Sequence record: DRR723986_3491
Reading direction: 5' to 3' (one strand)
DNA: 48,330 bases
Shown: positions 12,688-20,131 of the stretch, one piece after another
How the letters are laid out: every line of letters begins with the position of its first letter
Position numbering within the stretch: position 1 is the stretch's first letter
Translations under genes and position numbers: made by a program
The notes under the pieces: generated by a model
What the model was told of the DNA's origin: nothing
Database searches by the model: none
What the model saw: the letters and a program-made list of their open reading frames with translations, nothing else

Positions 12688-13979
12688 AACTGTCATCCTG
12701 GGGTCGCCTGAGTCACGGCGATTACCCAATCCATTTGCCCGGGCGCGACAACGCCCCCCTCCCGGATGCGGACCGCTCGCCTGGTGCAATCGCATTCGGT
12801 ATGGGCCGCAGCTACGGCGACGCCTGTCTGAACCCGGGTGGCACGATTTGCCTGACACGCTCACTGGACCGCTTTATCCACTTCGACTCCAGCAGCGGCG
12901 AGTTGGTCTGCGAGGCGGGAGTCACCCTGGGGGAGATCCAGACCCATTTCGCTCCCCAGGGCTGGCTGCTTCCAGTGACCCCGGGTACGCAGTTCGTAAC
13001 CGTGGGAGGCGCTATCGCCAACGATGTGCACGGCAAGAATCACCATCGGGCGGGCTGTTTTGGCAATCACCTTAACTGGCTGCTGCTTGATCGCAGCGAC
13101 GGGCACTCACTGCGCTGTTCCATCACGGAGAACGCCGACTACTTCGCAGCGACCATCGGCGGTCTCGGGCTCACCGGAATAATCAAGCAGGCATCGCTTA
13201 CCCTGCGCCCCGTGAACTCTGCCTGGATGGACACGGAAACCATCGCATTCGACGACCTCGACACCTTCTTCGGCCTGAGTGCGTCGTCGGAGGTCGACTG
13301 GGAATACGCCGTCTCCTGGATCGACTGCAGCTCGGCAAAACGCCAGCGCGGTATCTTTATCCGCGCGAACCACAGTGACGATGGCCGGATGGAGGCGCCG
13401 CCTGGGCGCAAACTGACTGTACCCTTCAGCCCTCCGCTGTCACCGGTCAACCGGCTTACGGTGGCCGCGTTCAACGAACTCTACTACCGAAGCCAGCAAC
13501 GAAAGCCGGGGCTCGCAGCAAGCCACTACAGCGATTACTTCTATCCGCTGGATGGCATCCTCCACTGGAATCGACTCTATGGCCCAAAGGGCTTTCACCA
13601 GTATCAACTGGTTGTGCCGCACGCGGATGGAGCCACAATCATTAAAGCGCTGATCGAGACGGTCTCCCGCTCCGGAATGGGCTCGTTTCTGTCGGTGCTG
13701 AAAACCTTCGGCGACGTGCCTTCACCCGGCATGCTGAGCTTCCCCATGCCGGGCGTCACACTTGCCCTCGATTTTCCCAACCGGGGAGAGCGATCAGAGC
13801 GGCTTTTCCGTCAGCTCGATGCACTGGTGGCCGAGGCCGGCGGACGCCTGTACCCGGCCAAGGATGCCCGCATGCCGGCTTCTTTGTTTGCCGCAGGTTA
13901 TCCAGAACTACAGACATTTCTGGGTCTGCGGGACAGCGGCCTCAGTTCCGGTCTCTCGCGCCGCCTCGTGGGGAGCTGA
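12684..13979 (+). CDS. DprE1-like FAD-dependent polyprenylphosphoryl-ribose 2'-oxidase
   Basis: GMGRSYGD, PVTPGTQFVTVGGAIANDVHGKNHH, LSFPMPG..LDFP and GGRLYPAKD motifs. GTG start overlaps the upstream stop (GTGA). Confidence 0.88.
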   Translation: MKLSSWGRLSHGDYPIHLPGRDNAPLPDADRSPGAIAFGMGRSYGDACLNPGGTICLTRSLDRFIHFDSSSGELVCEAGVTLGEIQTHFAPQGWLLPVTPGTQFVTVGGAIANDVHGKNHHRAGCFGNHLNWLLLDRSDGHSLRCSITENADYFAATIGGLGLTGIIKQASLTLRPVNSAWMDTETIAFDDLDTFFGLSASSEVDWEYAVSWIDCSSAKRQRGIFIRANHSDDGRMEAPPGRKLTVPFSPPLSPVNRLTVAAFNELYYRSQQRKPGLAASHYSDYFYPLDGILHWNRLYGPKGFHQYQLVVPHADGATIIKALIETVSRSGMGSFLSVLKTFGDVPSPGMLSFPMPGVTLALDFPNRGERSERLFRQLDALVAEAGGRLYPAKDARMPASLFAAGYPELQTFLGLRDSGLSSGLSRRLVGS

Positions 13980-13985
13980 ATAGTT

Positions 13986-14729
13986 GTGAAACATATCGTC
14001 ATTGTTGGTGCCACCTCCCTGATTGCAGAGCACTGCGCTCGACTGTGGCTCGCTGAGGGGCCGGCGGAGCTGACCCTGGTCGCACGAAGCGCAGAGCGGG
14101 CCAGCGCCATCAGCGCCGACCTGCAGGTTCGCAGCCCAGGTTCCACCATTCACACGGTGGCCACCGACTTCCTCGACCCGGAAGCTATTGCGGAAGTCGT
14201 CACCGGAATCGATGCGCGATCACCGATAGACGTGGCACTGATCGCCCACGGCTCACTGCCTCACCAGGATGCCTGCCAGAACGATCTCAAGGCAGCCGCG
14301 ACCGAACTCCACATCAACGGCGTCTCGCCGGTGCTGTTTGCCGAGGCCTTCGCCGGCCCCATGCAGGCTCGCGGGGCCGGCCAGGTTGCGCTCATCGGCT
14401 CAGTTGCCGGTGATCGAGGCCGCAAGTCCAATTACGTGTATGGCTCCGCAAAGGGCATGATCGAGCGTTATGCGCAGGGTCTGCAACACCGCCTTGCGGC
14501 TACGGATGTGAGCGTGTCACTGATCAAGCCCGGGCCCACACGCACCCCCATGACTACTCACCTTGACGAGAGCGGCCCAGCACTGGCTGACGTGGAATCG
14601 GTGGCACGGGCAATCGTTACTGCATTGAACAAGCGCCGGCCCGTCATCTATGCCCCTGGCAAGTGGTGGTTAATCATGATGGTTATCCGTCACCTGCCGC
14701 GCTTCATCTTTAATCGGTTGGATATCTAA
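13986..14729 (+). CDS. DprE2-like short-chain reductase
   Basis: GATSLIA and GSVAGDRGRKSNYVYGSAK motifs, typical of the DprE2-type SDR; directly after the DprE1 homolog. Confidence 0.85.
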   Translation: MKHIVIVGATSLIAEHCARLWLAEGPAELTLVARSAERASAISADLQVRSPGSTIHTVATDFLDPEAIAEVVTGIDARSPIDVALIAHGSLPHQDACQNDLKAAATELHINGVSPVLFAEAFAGPMQARGAGQVALIGSVAGDRGRKSNYVYGSAKGMIERYAQGLQHRLAATDVSVSLIKPGPTRTPMTTHLDESGPALADVESVARAIVTALNKRRPVIYAPGKWWLIMMVIRHLPRFIFNRLDI

Positions 14730-15664
14730 TGCGCGGAAAAATCATCCTGCCCGGCGGTGCCGGACTGGTCGGCCAGAACCTGGTCCCGCGGCTGAAGGCG
14801 CGGGGCTACCGTGAGATCGTGGTGATCGACAAGCACACACACAACCTCGAGGTGCTCCGTGCCTGTCATCCGGATATCACCTGCGAAGCTGCGGACCTGT
14901 CGGTGGCAGGTGACTGGCAACGCCATTTTGAGGGTGCTGCCGCGGTGGTGATGCTGCAGGCCCAGATTGGCGGGCTTGACCCGGCTGAGTTCACCGACAA
15001 CAACGAGACGGCAACGACCAACATCCTCACAGCGATGACAAGCGCGGGCGTGGAACAACTGGTGCATATCAGTTCCTCGGTCGTGGCCTCCGTGGCCGAT
15101 GACCTGTACACCCGGAGCAAGATAGCCCAGGAGAACATCGTCCTGGCAAGCGGCTTCAGTTGCCCCATCCTGCGACCCACCCTGATGTTCGGCTGGTTTG
15201 ATCGCAAGCATCTCGGCTGGCTGTCACGCTTTATGCAGAAGGTGCCAGTATTCCCGATACCGGGCAGCGGTAAGTATATGCGCCAGCCCCTGTACGCCGG
15301 TGACTTCTGCAATATCATTATCAGCTGCCTGGAGCGGCCTGAGATCAACGGTATCTTTAATATCTCGGGGCAGGAACGGATCGACTACATCGACCTGATC
15401 CGTGCAGTAAAGAAAGCCACAGGCGCCAGGGCGCTGATATTGCGCATCCCCTATTGGCTGTTTCACTGGCTATTGTTGACCTGGAGCCTGTTTGACCGTA
15501 ATCCGCCCTTTACCACCGAGCAGCTGGCGGCGCTGACCGCCGGTGACGAATTCGAGGTGATAGACTGGCCGGGTATTTTCGCTGTCAGGAGCACTCCGCT
15601 GGCGGAGGCCCTGGACGAGACCTTCAATCACCCCGAATACAGCAAGGTAAGCCTGGAGTTCTAG
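14729..15664 (+). CDS. NAD-dependent epimerase/dehydratase family (extended SDR)
   Basis: GGAGLVG Rossmann motif, HISSS and YTRSK (YxxxK). Translationally coupled to the upstream gene (TAATG). Confidence 0.8.
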   Translation: MRGKIILPGGAGLVGQNLVPRLKARGYREIVVIDKHTHNLEVLRACHPDITCEAADLSVAGDWQRHFEGAAAVVMLQAQIGGLDPAEFTDNNETATTNILTAMTSAGVEQLVHISSSVVASVADDLYTRSKIAQENIVLASGFSCPILRPTLMFGWFDRKHLGWLSRFMQKVPVFPIPGSGKYMRQPLYAGDFCNIIISCLERPEINGIFNISGQERIDYIDLIRAVKKATGARALILRIPYWLFHWLLLTWSLFDRNPPFTTEQLAALTAGDEFEVIDWPGIFAVRSTPLAEALDETFNHPEYSKVSLEF

Positions 15665-15665
15665 C

Positions 15666-16955
15666 GTGGGAGAACGTATCGCAGTGCTGGGCGCCGGGCC
15701 CATGGGTCTGGCCGCCGCTTTCCAATTGGTACAGGACGGCCACCAGCCGGTGATTTTCGAGGCCGATGACCGGGTCGGCGGAATGACCGCGTGCTTCGAT
15801 TTTTCAGGCGTCCAGATTGAGCGTTTCTATCATTTCCACTGTACCTCGGACACCGGTTTCCTGCAGATGCTGGACGAACTGGGCATTGCCGATCGGATGC
15901 GCTGGCGCGAAACCCGCATGGGCTACTGGTACGGCGGGCGCCTGCAGCGCTGGGGCAATCCGATTGCCCTGCTGACCTTTCGCGGGCTGTCGCTGGTCGC
16001 CAAGGTCCGCTACGGCCTGATGGCATTCATGGCCACACGGCGTAACGACTGGTCAGACCTGGACCGGGTGGAGGCCACCGCATGGGTCAAGCGCTGGGTG
16101 GGTGACGAGGCCTACGAAATCCTGTGGCGCAAGCTTTTCGAGTACAAGTTCTACCACTTCACCGGCAACCTGTCGGCGGCCTGGATCTGGAGCAGAATCA
16201 GGCGCCTGGGGCGCTCTCGCTATAACCTGTTTAAGGAAAAGCTCGGCTATCTGGAAGGTGGATCCCAGACCCTGCTTGACGCGATGGAACAACACCTGCG
16301 ACAGCACGGCGCTGATTTCCGCCTGGGAGCGCCCGCCCAGCGAGTGGTGATGACCGGGGAACGGGTAACAGGCATTCAGACCGAGTCCGGGGTGGAAAGC
16401 TTCGATAAGGTGATCAGCACCATTCCCCTGCCCTATGTGCCGGGGGTAATGCCGGACCTGCCAACGAATATTCTTGATCGGTTCCGCTCGGTGAACAATA
16501 TCGCCGTGGTCTGTGTGATCGCCAAGCTTGCACAACCGCTCAGTGACAACTTCTGGGTCAACACCAACGATGATGACATGGATATTCCCGGACTGGTGGA
16601 ATACAGCAACCTGCGACCGCTAGATAATGCGGTGGTCTATGTGCCTTTTTACATGCCAGGCGACCATCCCAAGTACGCGGAGCCCAACGAGGCGTTCACA
16701 GACAGGGTCAAGCGTTACCTGATGCGGATCAATCCAGCACTCACTGAGGCTGATTTTCTCGATATTCGCGCTAGCCGCTATCGTTTTGCCCAGCCGATCT
16801 GCGAGCCGGGCTTCCTCGACAAGCTGCCCCCGGTGAAACTGCCCGTCGAAGGCCTGTGGGTTGCTGATACCGCCTATTATTACCCCGAGGACCGCGGCAT
16901 CTCGGAGAGTATCGACTTTGGCCGGCAGATGGCGCGGGATGCGACAGCATGCTGA
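15666..16955 (+). CDS. FAD-dependent oxidoreductase (amine oxidase/protoporphyrinogen oxidase-like)
   Basis: GAGPMGLAAA FAD-binding motif, EADDRVGG, ERFYH, LGYLEGG and YYPEDRG motifs. Confidence 0.8.
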   Translation: MGERIAVLGAGPMGLAAAFQLVQDGHQPVIFEADDRVGGMTACFDFSGVQIERFYHFHCTSDTGFLQMLDELGIADRMRWRETRMGYWYGGRLQRWGNPIALLTFRGLSLVAKVRYGLMAFMATRRNDWSDLDRVEATAWVKRWVGDEAYEILWRKLFEYKFYHFTGNLSAAWIWSRIRRLGRSRYNLFKEKLGYLEGGSQTLLDAMEQHLRQHGADFRLGAPAQRVVMTGERVTGIQTESGVESFDKVISTIPLPYVPGVMPDLPTNILDRFRSVNNIAVVCVIAKLAQPLSDNFWVNTNDDDMDIPGLVEYSNLRPLDNAVVYVPFYMPGDHPKYAEPNEAFTDRVKRYLMRINPALTEADFLDIRASRYRFAQPICEPGFLDKLPPVKLPVEGLWVADTAYYYPEDRGISESIDFGRQMARDATAC

Positions 16956-17365
16956 GACACTTCGTCAGCTGGCAATTTATGGGATTTCTCGGCGTTGGCA
17001 TTACCGCCGCGTTCCTGCACTGGCTCGCGCGTATCCTGCTAAGCCTTTGGCTGCCCTTCAGTGTGGCCGTACTCACCGCCTACGGCGTGGGTATGGCGGT
17101 AGCGTTCATTCTGAACAGCCTGTACGTCTTCCCAACGTCTACCGAACCCAGACCAACACAGATCAAACGCTTCGTCATAATAAACCTCGGGTTTCTTCCG
17201 GTCGTTTGGCTCTGTTCCCTGCTCTTCCTGCGGGCGCTCGAAACGCTCGGCATTCCTGTTTATCGTGAAGCACTGGCACACGGTATGGCGATAGCCATTC
17301 CCATGCTGGCGACCTTCCTGCTGTACAAATTTTTTGCGTTCCGCGAGGGATCCGATGGAAAGTAA
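16949..17365 (+). CDS. GtrA-family polyprenyl-phosphosugar flippase
   Basis: 138 aa with four TM segments and F.LN..YVF and YKFFAF patterns. Confidence 0.82.
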   Translation: MLRHFVSWQFMGFLGVGITAAFLHWLARILLSLWLPFSVAVLTAYGVGMAVAFILNSLYVFPTSTEPRPTQIKRFVIINLGFLPVVWLCSLLFLRALETLGIPVYREALAHGMAIAIPMLATFLLYKFFAFREGSDGK

Positions 17366-18020
17366 AGAACTCTCAGAACTGTATCGAATACGCTTCCCCA
17401 AAGAGGAACTGGCGCGGAAGAATGCCATTTGGCGGGTGATCTGCGAGGACTATCTACAGCGCCTGGTCAAACCCACGGATACCGTGGTTGATATCGCCTG
17501 CGGCTATGGCGAATTCCTCAATAATATCCAGGCCACACGTAAAATTGGCGTCGATTTGAACCCAGAGGCTGCGGGCTTTCTGGATAAGGAGGTCGAGTTT
17601 CACAACTCGAGTGCTCTCAATGTAGCCGACATCGCCGATGGCGAGGCTGATATTGTGTTTACCTCGAACTTTCTTGAGCATTTACCGAATAAAGAGGCGC
17701 TGAACGAATTGCTGGGCAGTATCCGGCAGGCGCTCAAACCCGGTGGCAGGTATCTGATCCTCGGCCCGAACCTCCGATACCTGCCAGGTGCCTACTGGGA
17801 CTTCTATGACCACCATCTGGGGCTGACCCACCTGTCCCTGTCAGAGGCCCTCCAACTGCACGGTTATGAGATAGAGCAGTGCATAGCCAAGTTCCTGCCC
17901 TATACAACGCAAGGCGCGCTGCCAACCCACCATGCCCTGGTAAAGCTGTACCTCAAGGTACCACTCGCCTGGCGGTTATTGGGGAAACAGTTTTTCATCG
18001 TGGCAAAGCGAGCTGAATGA
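17355..18020 (+). CDS. class I SAM-dependent methyltransferase
   Basis: VVDIACGYG, SNFLEHL and LKPGG motifs. ATG at 17355 follows GAGGGA. Confidence 0.85.
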   Translation: MESKELSELYRIRFPKEELARKNAIWRVICEDYLQRLVKPTDTVVDIACGYGEFLNNIQATRKIGVDLNPEAAGFLDKEVEFHNSSALNVADIADGEADIVFTSNFLEHLPNKEALNELLGSIRQALKPGGRYLILGPNLRYLPGAYWDFYDHHLGLTHLSLSEALQLHGYEIEQCIAKFLPYTTQGALPTHHALVKLYLKVPLAWRLLGKQFFIVAKRAE

Positions 18021-18060
18021 CAGACTGTGACCAAAGACGGGCCCCGCTACACACGGCCGG

Positions 18061-18089
18061 TTTACACTGCAGTCGACTGAATCTAGAAT
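18061..18089 (+). promoter_or_regulatory. putative sigma70 promoter for the 18122 gene
   Basis: TTTACA-N17-TAGAAT. The spacer contains the palindrome CAGTCGACTG. Confidence 0.6.
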
Positions 18090-18121
18090 CGCCCTTCCCC
18101 CCGCGCAGCTAAAGAGCCCTG

Positions 18122-19987
18122 ATGGCAGACGACATCAACATTTCCTATTCCTTTCAATCCGACTCGGCCGCCGCCGCCCCAGAGGATCAGACCCTGATCG
18201 CCTTCACCAACTGCGAGCGGGTCGACCTCGGGCCGATGGGCACCCTACTGATCAACCGCAACAACGGCCGGCAGACGATCGTCGCCCACGAGGTGGCAAC
18301 GGCACTGACCTACTGCACCACATTCCAACCGCTGGCCGAGCATGCGCGGGTACTCACCACGACCATCCCCCAACTGCAGGGGCAACTGGAAAACGTGATT
18401 CAAGTGCTCAAGTCGGTGCGCGAGGCTGGCCTGATGCTTAAGGCCACTGAGATCCTGGGCCGGCTGCAGCAAAGCACAGAACAAACCAGCCCTGCCCCGA
18501 CCCGCGTGTTTGCGATCACCTGTGATCGCCCCGCCGCGGTCGAACGCCTGCTCGACAGCCTGTTGCGCATTGGCAACCTTGGTGGGCACGACGAACTGGT
18601 GCTGGTCGATGACTCCCGGGACCCAGCCAATGCCGAACGCAACCGTGAGGCAGTAGCTCGCTTCAATCTCAGCAGCGCAAAAACCCTGCGCTATGTAGGT
18701 GCCGCGGCACAGCAGCAACTCCTGGACTCGCTGATCGCCGCCATGCCCGAACAGGAGACGGGCATCCGCTTTCTTATCGATCGTCAACGCTGGGCAGAGC
18801 AGCCGACCTACGGCCTGGCCCGCAATATCTGCCTATTGCTGTCGGTGGGTTACCGGGCCATCGTCATGGACGACGATATCCTGTGCCAGGCGGTACGCTC
18901 ACCCGCCAGCCAGGCTGGCCTGGCTTTCGGCAGCATCCTTAACCGGGAAGCTTATTTCTTTGGCGACGAGCAGGCTTTGATGCAGCACGCCGCACCCGCT
19001 GACGGCGACGCCCTGACCGGTATCGCAAAGGGCCTGGGCTCGCCGCTGGCGAGACTTGCAGACAGCATGCAGAGCGGCCCCATCGCGGCTGGATCGTTAC
19101 AGGGCGCCAATGCCGCCTTCATCGATACGCTGCGGGCCGATTCACGCATCCTGGCTTCCCAGTGCGGCTCCTGGGGCGACCCCGGAACCGGGGACAGCCA
19201 CTGGCTTCTGCACCTGGACCCGTACTCTGTCGGCCGCATGCTGGATGCGCCGGGGGGGCTCTCGGCAACACTCGAGAACCGCCTCTGTGGCTTGAGCCAC
19301 AGCCGCACCACTGTTTCCAAGACCGCCGTGATGTCGCAGCTTACCGGGCTGGACAACAGCGCGTTGCTGCCTCCCTACTTCCCCGCCTTCCGCGGGGAAG
19401 ATGCCCTGTTCGCCAGTATGCTGGCCTGGGTACACCCCCGGTCTGCGGTGATCAACCATAATTGGGCAGTACCACACCTTCCGCTGGAGAATCGCAGCGA
19501 CCGCGGGGCTCGCGCTCCCATCGCCGCGCAAGGTGGCCTGGGTACTGCGGCGCGTTACCTCAGTGACCAGATTGACTTTAGCCAGGCCGGGAGCGAAGAA
19601 GCGCGCCTGGCCCAACTGGCTGACGAGCTCCGATCCCTGGCGGAAGCACCGGCTGAGTGGTTATCCACCGCGTTCCGGGCAGAGCTGGCCAGAGAGCACA
19701 CCGATCAGATGCAACTCATTGGGCGCCAGCAGGGCATTGCCCCGCAACTGGAAAGCCGAAACTGGGAGGCCTACCTGCAGCGTGCGGGGCAGGAGGTGCA
19801 GCAGGCGCTGGTGGAATCGCAGCACCTGAAACAGATCTGGCAAGCCGATGCACAGTTGAGCGAGGCTGAGGCCGCACAGCAGACGCAGCAAGCCTGCAAA
19901 CTGTTCGCCGACGCCTTGCAAGGTTGGGCCAGCGTAAGGGAGAGCAGCCGTGGCATCGCGCTGCAGCTACTTCAGTCCGCAGGCTGA
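18122..19987 (+). CDS. hypothetical protein with GT-A-like glycosyltransferase domain
   Basis: ITCDRP, LVLVDDS, YGLARN, VMDDD and RGED motifs appear in GT-A order; extra ~120 aa N-terminal domain and helical C-terminus. Confidence 0.55.
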   Translation: MADDINISYSFQSDSAAAAPEDQTLIAFTNCERVDLGPMGTLLINRNNGRQTIVAHEVATALTYCTTFQPLAEHARVLTTTIPQLQGQLENVIQVLKSVREAGLMLKATEILGRLQQSTEQTSPAPTRVFAITCDRPAAVERLLDSLLRIGNLGGHDELVLVDDSRDPANAERNREAVARFNLSSAKTLRYVGAAAQQQLLDSLIAAMPEQETGIRFLIDRQRWAEQPTYGLARNICLLLSVGYRAIVMDDDILCQAVRSPASQAGLAFGSILNREAYFFGDEQALMQHAAPADGDALTGIAKGLGSPLARLADSMQSGPIAAGSLQGANAAFIDTLRADSRILASQCGSWGDPGTGDSHWLLHLDPYSVGRMLDAPGGLSATLENRLCGLSHSRTTVSKTAVMSQLTGLDNSALLPPYFPAFRGEDALFASMLAWVHPRSAVINHNWAVPHLPLENRSDRGARAPIAAQGGLGTAARYLSDQIDFSQAGSEEARLAQLADELRSLAEAPAEWLSTAFRAELAREHTDQMQLIGRQQGIAPQLESRNWEAYLQRAGQEVQQALVESQHLKQIWQADAQLSEAEAAQQTQQACKLFADALQGWASVRESSRGIALQLLQSAG

Positions 19988-20131
19988 CCGCAACCTATAC
20001 TGCTGCGGTTTACCCGTTCGACAGCTTCCAGTAGGCTCACCGAATACCGCGCAACATTCTTCGGTATGGCACCCATCACGGATCGATAGGGAGAGCCCTG
20101 GCATCAACAGTCCCATGGAGCCTTTGATTTA

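Noticed and set aside
19988-20131. JUMPstart/ops element or ncRNA upstream of the polysaccharide operon
   Set aside because: No GGCGGTAG ops motif or convincing structure found in this gap.
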